A stretch of 63,923 nucleotides of DNA, the filler included, from Choristocarpus tenellus KU-1152 (Eukaryota > Protista > Phaeophyceae): the NCBI GenBank assembly GCA_964200185.2. It is 15 parts of 15 records of this genome, joined end to end, with 100 filler letters (N's around TTAATTAATTAA, not from the genome) between each part and the next. Parts side by side here need not be neighbours in the genome. Positions count along the whole stretch, not along the records: positions 25,790 to 29,136 come from CAXNAD020020653.1; positions 29,237 to 35,987 come from CAXNAD020007429.1; positions 36,088 to 38,865 come from CAXNAD020024829.1; positions 38,966 to 42,260 come from CAXNAD020020973.1; 11 more parts are not named here. One strand, given 5' to 3'. Under the pieces are notes generated by a model. That model was not told the DNA's origin. It saw only the letters and a program-made list of their open reading frames with translations, and made no database searches. Positions 25,690 through 39,009 of the stretch are shown here, piece by piece. The translations under genes and the position numbers were made by a program. Numbering within the stretch: position 1 is the first letter of the stretch; each line of letters opens with the position of its first letter.

Positions 25690-26384
25690 NNNNNNNNNNN
25701 NNNNNNNNNNNNNNNNNNNNNNNNNNNNNNNNNTTAATTAATTAANNNNNNNNNNNNNNNNNNNNNNNNNNNNNNNNNNNNNNNNNNNNGTGATTCTCTT
25801 CGCCACCCTTGCCTGAGTGAACCACGCCGCCACAGAATCACACGATTCACAAAACACCTAATAAAATGAGTGTGAGGAAGATCACAGGTAGGAGGCATAA
25901 GTACCAACAATAATAGTATATTATTATGCCCTCTGACATTTTGCAGATGTATTATTATAGTGGTGAAGTAGAGTCTAGTTGGTTGTATAATAGTAGTAAA
26001 GTTGTCTGTTAATGGGTTTGCAGTTTTCAATGCGGCGGTTTTTGAATGCCCACCAAAGAGTTCAATATGATTGGACAATAACATATCGCGGCTTGTAAGG
26101 ATTGGCCTATTTAAGTATAGAGATTGATCAAAGCAGATTAAGATTATTCACATATTTTAAGATAACTAAAATAGGATCGCCGATTTACATTTATATCAGA
26201 TACACAAAAATGATCAATTTTATCAATTCCCTGTTGTAGGTTGGTTCGCTTCGTCCAACCCACGCACAACAAGGTTCTTGCCCCCTGAGTGGCTGTTTAA
26301 GTCCTGGTGAACGATATCCCAACCTTCTTCCGTCCCGTTGATTGCATCTATTTCGCTGGATTTTGAGGGAAGCTTCGTGCAATC

Positions 26385-27441
26385 ATGCCCGCAACACGGG
26401 GAATGGGTGCGCTGGTACTGGCTGGTTGCTGGTGGATAGCGAGGTTGTCGACTGCCACAGCTAATGTCATCGGAATAGATCTCGGAGTTGACTTCATGAA
26501 GGTTAGTCTGTCTGTTGATGAACTAATTCTACAATGTATTGAGTTGTCTCTCTGTGAGTGATCAGTGGTTAGACTACGCGATACATCTGCGTCTCCCTGT
26601 GCTACTGTGTGAGTGGATTGGGTAGGGAGTTTGCTTTCTTCACCATTCAAAATCCTTTATGTCTAACAAGCAGTAGTGAAAGGTCTTTTCGTGTTATCCA
26701 TGAGAAATACCGAGTTGAGTGGATCTTAGCTGGATGCTGCCAACCCATGACTCGCTCTGTCGAGTAAGGTTGCTGTGTGAGCGTTCGTTCCTCTGTATCC
26801 AAATGCACCCAGCTCCATTTTGGAAGGCAATATGATGCATTGCCGAAAGATTCATCCCGAAGTCCTTACACATTCTCCCATCTGTGATATACGCCCATAT
26901 TGACCCTCGTTGTTGCTCGTGTGCTTGATATAAGGTTGGCCTGGTGGCACGCGGCAAGCCATTGGAGATCGTAACCAATACGGCCTCTAAGCGAAAGACC
27001 GAAATGGCGATTAATTTTAACCGTGGCGAGCGAAATTTTGGATCGGATGCTTATGCCTTGGTCTCACGCAAGCCCCAGCAGACGTTCACCAAGATTACGA
27101 CGATGTTGGGTAAGGACAGATTCTACCCCCAGCCCACCCCTGGCCCTTGACCATGACCCTAGTCTCGCTTTTCACTTCCATACTGCACCATCGTAATTTT
27201 CTGCAGAGGCTGGTGCTGACTCTATTACTGCTGCTGTTCTGTACACGGTAACACGGTTGCTTGAATGGGTGCAGGACGACACCCGGATCACCTAGCACTA
27301 AAATCCATTCTGGAGCATTTGCCCAACGCTGTGAGCTTCAATGAGACTCGTGGAGGTATAGAAGTGGAGCTCAAGGATAAGGATGAAGACACCACCTTCA
27401 CACCCGAAGAGTTAGTGGCCATGATCTTGGGGCAAGCACAG
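26385..27441 (+). CDS. HYOU1: ER Hsp70-family nucleotide exchange factor GRP170/Lhs1; first three exons 26385-26501, 26935-27109 and 27275-27441
   Basis: Signal peptide then VIGIDLGVDFMK|VGLVARGKPLEIVTNTASKRKT...ERNFGSDA...FTPEELVAMIL. Splice phases compatible. Confidence 0.9.
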
Positions 27442-29056
27442 GTGATTCTACTTTCGCAGGCTTAGCCACTTGTAATATATACACCATACATCCTGTTGAG
27501 AATATACCTGTGGTTGGGGCATGGATTGATGATTCTCTCCTTGTCCTGGCGGGTTAGTCCTTCTTCTTCTTACCTTGTGCTTTGGCAACCAACAGGTACT
27601 CATGGTTGCATGTAATGACATCCATGCATGGCAAGGGATGAAAATAATGACCTCATATGCTTTCCAGGGTGCATCACCTGCGTTTGGTTGTTCCCGTAAT
27701 GGTGAACCTGTACTTGCCCAGTACTGAGATCAGAAATGATAAAAAAGTTTGTGGTCGAGGTGCTGTAAAGGGGGGTTAATGTTACATTTGTTTTCACTCT
27801 TTTGGTCAGTCCTCTCGCAATGAATTTTGTTGAATGTCACATGTTTTGATGACACTGCAAAATGAGCTTGTCAGCAGTATGTCGCCTTCTTTGTTACGTA
27901 AATAATTCAGCACACTTTGAGCACCTCGTTCCTATGATGGATATAACCACATGCATGACTTGATGTGCTGTAGCATTTGTGTGTGACATTGAATTGTAGC
28001 TCTTCAATGGAGGAATTATTGTTTGGGGGAGGGGGGGGAAGGGCTCTGAGCAATCTTAGCACATCTGCAGGATATTGCAGTCAGAACAAAGTCGTGTGAC
28101 CAGCGCTGGCCCAAAATTCAATTGTAGTGAAAATTTATTGGAAAACTGCTAGTACTCTACGCGAGGTGCTTGAGACACCCTGCATTTATCGACAGAAATC
28201 ACTGATCCCACCACTTTGACAGTCACACCTTTTTAGTACCAGTGGGTATATTGGTATATTTTACATGTGCATGTCCATGGATGCTGTAGCAATATGCTAG
28301 GGTATGGCACTACAATTCGTTGAAAGTATGTACTTGAGTGCTTGTGCACAGAGTGATAATGAGTAATTGATTTCCTGTTTGCTTTGTAGTGTAATAGCAG
28401 TCACTCTTGTGTTACATGCCGTATTTTTGCTATTCCTGTTGTAGCTATGTTTGCACTTGAAAAAGATAGAAGACCCTGTTGATTAATTGCTCTCCATAAT
28501 GACTCACCAGTGTTTGCTTTTTGTGTACTGATGTGTTTTCATCTCAAGGAGTAAATATGTTACTACAGCAATAAAGAGAATGATATACTGCTGTTGATTA
28601 TGGTGTGTTGGATTGATTCACAGGTTGAGGGATGGTGGTATCAATTTTTCCTCTTGTGTGCTGCGTGAATATGAGTTGTTCAGCATGCTCCGAACAACAC
28701 TCACGTGCAGCACAGCCTTCCATGTTCATCCAAACCCTCATGAGACAATGTATCTTGTTCTCACTCCTCAAATCAGTATTGAAATAGCCCTAACATTGTT
28801 TTCATTCCTGTCGCCGCTCTCCGAGCAATATGACGTTGTGTGCCTTAGAAATCCATTCTATGACTTGATCATCCTGTCCTCACAGTAGCCCCTCAGCTAG
28901 TTCTGTACACTGATTCTCACCTTGATTGCATTCAAGTGTTGGTTTCGTTGAAGAGAGCATACTCTCTGTCCTCCTTTGGTCTTGTATGGATGCACTGATT
29001 GTGAATGACGCGAGTTTTGTGCGGTTTTCAACGATGCAGTACATATGGCACACATT

Positions 29057-29136
29057 AATACATACATACATGCATACATACATGCATACATACATACATG
29101 CATACATATATACATACATACATACATACATACATA
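29057..29136. repeat. (TACA)n microsatellite at contig end
   Basis: Read directly. Confidence 0.9.
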
Positions 29137-29999
29137 NNNNNNNNNNNNNNNNNNNNNNNNNNNNNNNNNNNNNNNNNNNNTTAATTAATTAANNNNNNNN
29201 NNNNNNNNNNNNNNNNNNNNNNNNNNNNNNNNNNNNAAAAGTGAAAAGTGAAAAAAGGGTGACAAACGGACGCCGACACCCACCCCCAGTTTGACCCTCA
29301 TATTATCAAAATACACATTGTATGTCTTAATACGAAAATAGTTTTTTTTTGGTATTCTAATATTGTTAAGCTGTCCTTGACGATCTGTTGTCCCACACAA
29401 CCAGTTATATTCTCGTTTTATTAGCTTGGATCACAGTTGTGAAGAGAGTGAGATACCTTCACTAGGTGGGGCTCACGAATCCTTACATTGAATGACTCAG
29501 AATACCAAATGACTCAACAGTTCTCTAGTACACGTCAGAAACACTCCGCCTCTAACAATCCGCCGATTACTTCTGGTCAAATACCCCGTCTAACTATCCC
29601 GAATGTCCCGCATTATCATCTGTGCGTACATAAAATAATATTTCAAATCACATTCTCACAAATGGTCAAGCATACTCTTGACAAATATACTACAACTACC
29701 ATTGATGTATCAGAAGGTCTGTTCTTTAGGCAATGCAGAGTCTCTTGTCACGTTTTTTGAATTCCTTTTGAATACAAGTTTCTTCTTGTTCCTCCAATAT
29801 GCCATCCGTGACTACAATGACCAAATTTACACAATAGGTCATGTCACCCTGCCTTATCTTGTTGCCCTCCTTTTGGTAGAAGTAGTACGTGTGGTGAGAG
29901 AGGGGGTGAGCAAGATGGATGAAGTCAAAGGGTCGGTAGAGTGGTTTTGAATCAGCTACCAATGCATCTGCAAAATGGAAGAAGTGGGGAAGAATAAAA

Positions 30000-30212
30000 G
30001 AGTGAAAGTATCTTAGAGGGTACGAGTTTTGCCCTGTTTGTCCATTTGGAGCTTGGCTTCCCATGGGATTTTTCATTACATTTTCCTACTCCAGAATGTT
30101 TCGGAGTAGGTAAAATGTATACATTACGAAAAGCTGTGTCCAGAGCAAGGATATTGACACTTTCTAACAAATACGATAGCCAAAATTACATTAAAATCGC
30201 AACATTGGATTT
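30000..30212. mobile_element. MITE family A, truncated at one end
   Basis: Starts GAGTGAAAGTATCTTAGAGGGTA and matches the family up to AACATTGGATTT. Confidence 0.85.
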
Positions 30213-32149
30213 AACATACCTTGAGCGAAACAAAATGCAGTATGTTACGATGATTGATGGCTTTCATAAATTGACGAAAGAATATGCTTTAGTTCTGTAT
30301 TGCTCCAATGAAGAAATCTCCTTGCATTTATCAGCAAATTGATATTGTCCTTTTTTCGAGTGTAATACACATTCAAAATTTGTATTTATAATAAATAGTA
30401 TAATTGTACATACGATGCCACCATTGATTCACCAGAATCCTGCAAGCATAACCACTACAGACAGATAATATTTATTAACATCTTCACCATATAAAACTCC
30501 GGAGCATATTGATACACAGACAGACCTATTTCTGGATGAGGTAATGACTCATGTCGTAGGAGGTAGAGGAGGGGAGGGTACAGCAGAAAAGAGAGCTGTA
30601 AAATCACGTGTAAGGCAGAATATTTCAGTTACTAGTCGACTGGCTATCCGCAGACTAGTTTGGGCTTTGAAATATAGACTCCGGGTCATAGAGTAGTGTT
30701 GCTTTTTGTTGTTTTGTTGTCGATTGTTTTAGATACAGTACCTCCGCTATGGTCGGTACATCTGATATTTTGTAGGTATTGTAGTCACTTCGGTGGTTAT
30801 ACTAGCAATATTGTTCCCATTGCCTCCACTTCCATTGTAACCACTACTGTTGCTCGAAGTAAATCAGTGATTAATGCCCGCTGTGTTCTGACTGATGGAC
30901 CTTTTCCGCTTGATCCTTCGCTAGTTTATCGCTCACAGTAATCAATGTGTGGAGAGGGGTTATAGTGAGTGTGGGAGGCACTCTTCAACATCGATAATCA
31001 TGAGAAAAATGTTATACTTGTTGTTTATACTTACTTCGATACTCTATATCCTATAGAAGGGCTTGTCGATTTCAATGTTCAATTTTCACATCTATCTGTT
31101 AAGACCACTAAAATATATACTCTAGAGTAATATACATAGTTGGTTTAAACAGGACTGGTCCGGAGGTATCAGAGAGTACAACCGGATCAGGCTAAGGATC
31201 GGCCCCTGGCAAAATATGTCTTAACCGGGTCGGATGGGAGCCATCAAGATTGTAAACTGGGTAGTGCAATATATGTTTTAAAGGGTCGGACTGCAGTCAT
31301 GAAGTTTGTAAACTGGAGGGGTCGTGGACCCGACCACAAACCGCCTACACCCCTGGTCCGACCAGTCATTCCACTTAATAACTGGTTCGGTATGAGGCCC
31401 TAAAAGTGTATGCTTTTCAACTAATTATTGTATGTTAAGAACTTGTTTTACAGCATTATTTGAAGTGTTGTGATACGCTAATGACGCTTTCCCGATCCGT
31501 CCAAAAATATCTTTTTACATTTTGACATTTCGAGTTTCACACTACCCACGGAGCGAACAAGTATTAGCCTTACCAACCTGTGCTCAGGGAGGAAACCTGT
31601 TACGATAAGATTTAAACAGGGCTAGACCACAGCCTGATGTGGTATGATTTCGATTGATCCGATCTGGCCCTGATAAAGCATACTTTTGAATGCTACGGCA
31701 TAGTACCACCTTGACTACTTCAAAACACGTCAAGTCGACAGACTGCTCATTCATATTGTGGTGGAATATCCTATCCTTGAATCAGACCACCAAATTGTGT
31801 TGATATCGGGTCGATTCCTTAGTCGATTACTCAAAAGTGAAGGATGTAATAATCTACTAGACAGATCCTTTTTGATCGCATACCCTGAACTCATGTCTTC
31901 AGTTGCGGACTGCTCTGTCAGATGCTATTGCTGAAGAGTTCCTTGGTCTTCAAGAGGTGATGTTCGAAGATGTTGATATCATGGCATCCATGTGCACTGC
32001 ATGTATGCCGGGGACTTCCTCTGAGCTGATGTCACCCCTAACACAAAATACTGTTTCTGGTGGAGGATAGTGTGCCAGCCCTGAGGTTCGAGTATAAGGT
32101 TCCCAGAAGCTTGGCAAGTGGGGGAGGACGCCTGGATGCAACTACATGC

Positions 32150-34130
32150 CCAGCCACAAGGTCGCACTCTCAAAAAAGGCCTTGAAGATGACTGACAAAG
32201 AATCGAAACGAGTGAGATCCTCAGCTGTACAGGACTTCTTCATTGCCTACACCTCATGGATGGAGGAACATATTCTGCGTGGGAATCAGGCTGGTTTTTA
32301 CCAATATCTCAAAGGTTTCAATGTGGATAAGAGTAAACAGAGTGGCTCTCCATTCATTCGAGATGAGATGGGCAGACTGAGATGAGAACTAGGAACTAAT
32401 TTTAGACAATGGGTGAGATATTTTCATGCGTTATTGAATGCAGAATCGATCAACCTCAACCCAAGTATCGTCAACTCACCCAATCCACTTCGCCCATACT
32501 TGCCACTTCCTGACGCGCCTACCATAGGGGAAGTGAGGAGTGCCATACACTCTCTGATCAACCTAAAGGCTGTGGGCCCAGCTGACCTTTCCAGTGGGAT
32601 TTCTAATGCTGGGGCTCGATGAAGACTTCCTTTCCCTGAAAGTCTTCCGGAGCATTATTCTTGCTGTGTGTGGTCAGAGGAGGTCCCTCAGATGTGGAAG
32701 GAAGCTGTCAATAAACCCACCCACAAGAAGAAGGGTGGAGCTGACTGTGGGAGCTACAGGGGTATATCACTGGTATATTATGGAAGTAAAGTTCTCCTCA
32801 AAGTTGTTGCATGGCGCCTAGAAACCCAAATCGAGCAGGACGGCATGATTGCCATAGGAGAATGGCGGATTCCGACCTAGAAAAATCGATGATATACGTG
32901 GCACATGTCTTGCTGGAACTTGATCGAGAGAAGTAGGTCCTCTTGTACATATGTATATTGACTTGCATATAGCATAAGGCTTTGTCGATCGAGACCTCCC
33001 ATGGACAGTATTGACCAAATTTTGCGTGCCAGCTAAGATGATCTTTATCCTTCGTTAATTCCACATCAGATTGTAAGATTGTGTGCCGATGGAAAATAGG
33101 GAATGCTCAAACTGGTTCAATATTGAACAAGCCCTCGGTCAAGGGTGTGTTCTAGCCCCATTCCTAATTCTATATTGTGATATTTATCATCTTACTGGAA
33201 AGGTTCAGCACCGAAGAGGACATCATCGAAGAGTATTTTGTCTACATCAGGAGATATAAGAAGCAAGGTTTGGCTCTTAGACTGGATGGAGGATACCGAG
33301 AAGAGATACTTTCGCAGTTGCTGAATTATTATGTATGCTGTATGCTGTATGCTGCAGGCGTCATGACAATGACTCAAGAGAGTTGTACCAAAATAGTGAG
33401 GCATTTGGGCTAACCGTGTCAGAGAAGAAGGACGGAACCATGTGCTTCCAGCGTCCTCAACAGGCTACCATAGGAAGCACAGATTGAGGATGATGGACAA
33501 CGGTATGTATAGACTGCCAATTCTTTTTGGAAGTTCACTCCATGATAATGCTGATATCACCATCAAGATCAAAGTTCGTATCCAGCAGGCAAGGGGGCGT
33601 TTCAAGAAGTACAAAGAGTTATGTTACCAAGCAGTAGGTGTACCACTTAAGCTAAGGATTTGGATTCTCAAAGTCGAAGTACTGGAGACTCTGTTGTATG
33701 GATGGATGACGTGGATACCAAGAGAGGGTCATTATGCTCAACTCCCTTCCCAACACTTTAAATTTTTACAGCGCTACATTAGATTCCACAAACGGAAACG
33801 TAGAGACCACCACATGTGATACAGAGAAGTCCTTCAGGGAACTGGATGTGAGGGCATCGAGACCAATATATGCAAAGGAGTCTGCTATTTACAGGTTTCA
33901 TGTTGCGAATGGATGATAATCTACTTCCCCAAAACCTCATGCTTGGAGAAATCAACACTCAGAAACCAAACGGGTAGAAGGGGGACCCTGAAAAAATATG
34001 GCGGTGGTGCCTCCAAGACGACCTCAAGACTTTCAACATCACAGCTGATCAGTGGATTCATCTTGGAGAAGACTCAAAATGTGGCAGAGATTGGAGGATG
34101 GATCTAAATACTTATGAATGATTGACATAA
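32150..34130 (+). mobile_element. Decayed RTE-like LINE reverse transcriptase
   Basis: KAVGPAD, PQMWKEA...KKKGGADCGSYRGISL, GFRP, QGCVLAPFL, MLYA, KVRIQQARGRF...ETLLYG, broken by stops and frameshifts. Confidence 0.85.
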
Positions 34131-34624
34131 GGTTGAGGTTGAACCAGCCACAGCCCTCCACACGAAAGTAGCCTCGACCAACCACGTTTCATGTGATATT
34201 GCCTGTTGAGCTCCTCTTCTTCTTTTTTGCGGAGCGTGAGGTAGAGGACTCCTTTGCCCAACTTTTGGTGTTGATGATAGTGTGTTGTATCTAGGGGGTG
34301 TAATGATTTGATCTAGATGCTCTTAAGTAGCACATGGATATGTGTGCCTTCAACCAATTATCGTTCTGATGCTGGGCCGATCCTGTAATTGTGATTTTGT
34401 CTCTGCTTATTTTTTCTTGTGACTGGTTATTATGAGAGTTGTGTGGTGGGAACTCTATCACTTCGTGGGAGGTGACCTGAAACCTGGATATTGTTTTTCT
34501 TTCTACGCGCGCAAAAGCGCGGTGGCGACAGATATTAGGGTTGTGTTTTGTGTGTTGTGTGGTGGTGGGTGACAGTGATCGTCACTTCACAGCGCAGGTA
34601 TTCCTGGACGGAAGCAAGTCAGCG

Positions 34625-35623
34625 ATGGGGATGTAAGTGATGGCCAATAAGGGGGGTACAGATAGTTGATGAAGTGGAGTGAAGAGGAATAAAAGTAGTG
34701 GCTGTTGTTGATTGTTGCATAGACCTGTGATAATAGTGCCTGTCTCTAAATCACTCCCATCTTGCTCTCAACACCTGAACCTAGTATATGTGCTCCGTTT
34801 TGTGTTTTAGATTTTCTGCTCAGCTTCAAGGTAGATTTTGGCCACCGAATTGCCTACTTCCGAGCGATGCAAACCCTAATTCCTTAGCAATGGAACACAT
34901 GGTCGACCAACTCTGGCACTGTTGACTTCTCTCCCGTACATGCCCACATCCCACCGTAGTCCTGCAGCAAGAAATGACTCTCGGTGAAATGATCTTTGTG
35001 TTGCTTGGGTTGCGAACATGTTGTTATCCACCTCTCCTCAACAACTTTGTCTTCCCTCGATTGTCCCTGACATGAATGGGATGGTGCAGCATCAAGTCTG
35101 GCAAGGTGGTTGTCTTGTTGGCAGGGCGATATGCCGGGCGTAAGGCCATTGTTGTGAAGGCGTTCGATGAGGGGTCGGAGGACCGCAAGTTCGGTCATGC
35201 GGTCGTTGCGGGCATTGATCGCTATCCCCGTAAGGTGAGAAAAGAGGTTCGGGGTTGAAGGGAGGGAAAATCTCGACAACGAAATGTTTGTGCTCACTGT
35301 TAGTGATATTGGTGTGACATGTGTGTTGATAGTGGTATGAGATTCGAATGCGCTTAGGTGAAAGAATGGGAATGACAAGATTCCAGGGGGGAGAAAGTGC
35401 CTCATTCATGACAGGTTTCTGTCGCCTGCCTTCCGTAACATACCTGATAGATAGATACCCTGTAGCTCGAGAAATTCCCATATTTTTTTTGTCAAACATT
35501 TAATCTTACACATTCGCTTGGACAAAAGGTGACCAAGAGCATGAGCAAGGCTAAAATTGCCAAGCGCACCAAGATGAAGCCATTCATCAAATTTGTCAAT
35601 GTCAACCACATCATGCCTACCCG
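34625..35623 (+). CDS. RPL27: 60S ribosomal protein eL27; exons 34625-34632 (putative), 35090-35234 and 35529-35623; 3' exon(s) beyond the contig
   Basis: [51 protein letters not shown]|[32 protein letters not shown]. The 8-nt first exon is inferred from ATGGGGAT|GTAAGT and matching phase. Confidence 0.95.
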
Positions 35624-36610
35624 GTAAGTTCTGGGACCAAAGGCACGCGCACCTTCATGGACCTTCGCCTTCTATTGCCTATCCCTTCTTTTTCTACCTC
35701 TATGGGCTCACCTTTGACCCCAACATCTCTCTCACAATATCTTCGATGATTGCAGCTGCATCTCGGAGGTAGTGTGAGAAAAATTGTTGAGGCAGGGTAT
35801 TGGTCTAGGATGAAAATGATGGGCTAGGTAAAGGGGATGGTCCAGTTGGTGCGGTCAGTGTGCGGCGACGCAGTCCCCGGCTAGGATGGAACAGCTCCTC
35901 CCCCCCCCCCCCCCCCCCCCCCCTTTCTCACACACTTCTGCGGGGGGGGAAGATATGTGATTTTTTTTTTTGGCGTGTTGTGGGGGGNNNNNNNNNNNNN
36001 NNNNNNNNNNNNNNNNNNNNNNNNNNNNNNNTTAATTAATTAANNNNNNNNNNNNNNNNNNNNNNNNNNNNNNNNNNNNNNNNNNNNTTTTTTTTTTTTT
36101 AATTGTTCGCGACCCACCGAAAACCAACATCTTCCCCCTCACCCCACACTTCCCTCTCCCCCCCCCCCCCCCCCCCCCCCACAAAAAAACTTTAAAACTT
36201 GTATAAAAAATTATGCAATTAGTTTCCATACTGAATATATATATATATATTCAGCATAAAAATAAAAGTCTAAGGCAAACAGGATTTCACCACAGCCTAA
36301 CAATGAGATAGAAACAAAAAAACGAAAGATTGCTATGTTTGTGAAAAAAAAGTAATGTGCGCATGTGGACGCACGAGGTCGCATTTTTATTGATAGGGGT
36401 ACAAACAAGGCAAGTGTTATGGCAGGGCAAGTGCAACAAAATTAAATTAAAAATTAATACTACCAATATTATCAATATATTATATATATATATAGATTTA
36501 TTTTCCACGCAGGACAAAAAGTTACATTTGGTGAGAAAAAAGGTGGGTAATTGGCACTGGCAGGAGGAAGGCCACACATGACAAGGGTTAGGGATGATGT
36601 GCATCATCAC

Positions 36611-38637
36611 CTCACAAAAGGCTGATCGCAATAGGTCACCAGACATCAGCCCTAACCCTCCTGGTCCTGTGTCAACACTCCCAAACTGGCCAGGGAATCC
36701 CTCTGGCAGTGTCATAATCCGGAGGGTGGCTGAGGCAATGGAGTACATGTCTCCAGCTGTGAAACCCTGGCTGAGTCCTGCCACCTCTACCAACGCCTCC
36801 TTGATGGGTGAGTGAGTCAAGCAAGAAATGTAAAACGGAGGGGGGGGAGATGAAATTCAGTAAGATACAGATATATATATATAGAGAGAGAGAGATGGGG
36901 GGGGGGTACGAATGATAAAAAAAGGTATTATCTGTAGTTGAGTGTCTTTGAGCTGTCCATGGGGGTGGTGAAACGCCTTCCTTATCAGGGATGTAAACTG
37001 AGGTTCAAAATTCAGAAAGCAGACGATTTTCCCAGTAAACCAGAGATTGACACGGACTACACATAAAGGGAATAAAGGTTTTAGTAAAGAAGTACGAGGC
37101 GTATTGCCACCGGTTGCTACAGAGCAAAGCCATCCTACCATCGTGTTTGGGGGGTTCTTTTTTCTCCCGCTCCTACTGCATCCCTTACACTATCCACAAC
37201 CCTCTCTCTTATATTTTTACATCCCTGCAGTTCCAATTCAATCACTTCAAATGCTTCATCGAGAAAGAACAATCAACGCACGATGAAGACAACAGCAATC
37301 AACAGCACGCCATAAAAGATTTACAAAAACCCACCAACAGAGTGAACGGTCCGCAAAACGACCACACCACCCGCCACACCTAGACTACACATAACTGCAC
37401 ATAACTAACACATAACTAACACATAATGCACTCACCCCGTCCTCGATCACTCGGCTCTAATCCGGAAGGAACAACCAACCACACACACACCAGGCAGCAA
37501 AAAGTGTGTTCCTGGAATAGGGTTCATGTCTTAAGTGCACGCCAACATACACACACACACACACACAGAATCTTTTCTTGGAAAGGCATGCACAAGACGC
37601 CTTCCATGGTGTACTACAACAGAGCACCAAAAAGCACCCCTTCAAAGCGGTATGTTTTGTTCATCACCTCCAGTTCTGGCACCAGCATATTTTTATTCTC
37701 ATCTAGTGCAACAGTAGAAGTTGTGGGTGTAACCTCACAGGCCACCCCTCCCTCCACCCCAACCCGAGACTCGTCGGGCCCTATCCTCAATCCCCCCCCA
37801 CGAAAGAGAGCCCCAGAGTGCTCCAGAGCACCCCGTAGTATGGACTCTCGAAGGGTTCGTCTGCTCACAAACCACGGAAGAAGGGTTATCGTCGTCCCGG
37901 AAGGTTAGATTCGGGTTAGGGTTAGGACAGGGTATTCATCACCTAAAGGGGGGAAGAGGGGCGGGGGAGGGGAAACTGTATTCTTGAAGGCATCCAAACC
38001 AATCTGCAGACAAGTGTATCAAGGAAGGGTCATCTAAGAGTGTGGTCCAATTGAACCACCTTCAAGTCGTGTCATGGGGCAGGGCGATGCCAGCGGAAAG
38101 GGCATTTCAAGATGACAATGAATCTTAGATGCTACGTTGATCAACGAATCGACAAATCGCCTTCCAGGCCTGCCCAGAGTAGTAACGGATTGTTAACACG
38201 GGAGAAGGGGGGAAGGGGAGGAGGAGGAGGAGTTTGGGAAGGGAAGCACCGCCATCTCTTGCTAAGAGCAAAACACATCACTAATATATACGGTACAGTG
38301 CCCCACTTCATTGGGATGATACATTGGGATGATACATTTGGATGATACATTGGGATGTGTGTAGTGTCTTTTGTCAATAATGCAAGGGGACTATTGCACA
38401 CAAAAACAAACAAACAAACAAACAAACAAACAAACAAACACACATACACGCTCTTACTGGAAAATATATATATATATATATATTTCAATCGACAGAAATA
38501 GCAAACCAAACTGACCCTGGGGGAGGTAGCAGTATCTCCTGACTGAAGCACCGCCTCGCAGTGGGGTGCAACTCCTCCAGGTACGATGTGATCCCCACAA
38601 TGGACACACGACCCTGCCAGGATCGACTTTGCCGCCC
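36611..38637 (-). CDS. AAA+ ATPase, PEX6-like D1 domain and lid; exons ~38516-38637, 37668-37860 and 36611-36799
   Basis: VSIVGITSYLEELHPTARRCFSQEILLPPPG|RTLRESILRGAL...|EALVEVAGLSQGFTAGDMYSIA. RRCFSxEI resembles PEX6 D1. Phases compatible; the first acceptor is ambiguous (38637 or 38613). Confidence 0.7.
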
Positions 38638-38791
38638 CTTCATTGTTCCCAGAGAATTGGAAGGGATTGGGAGGTAAAAATATACATCATGTATCACACA
38701 CCCCTTTCACCTCCATGGGCAAAAGAACACTTTTGCATTCTTGACACGCCGTACTTACTCATACAGGTATTTGACTTTTTTGACAGGGGGT

Positions 38792-38823
<32 letters not shown>

Positions 38824-38976
38824 CCACAAAACGGCCTTCCTCTTGGGGTTTTAAATAAATGGGAGNNNNNNNNNNNNNNNNNNNNNNNNNNNNNNNNNNN
38901 NNNNNNNNNTTAATTAATTAANNNNNNNNNNNNNNNNNNNNNNNNNNNNNNNNNNNNNNNNNNNNGGCGGGGAGGG

Positions 38977-39009
<33 letters not shown>

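Noticed and set aside
34666-35450. Possible intronic C/D snoRNAs in RPL27 (TTGATGA...CTGA; CTGCCTTCC complementary to 18S rRNA)
   Set aside because: No canonical box C paired with box D and a terminal stem, and the antisense match is only about 9 nt. snoScan/Infernal would be needed.
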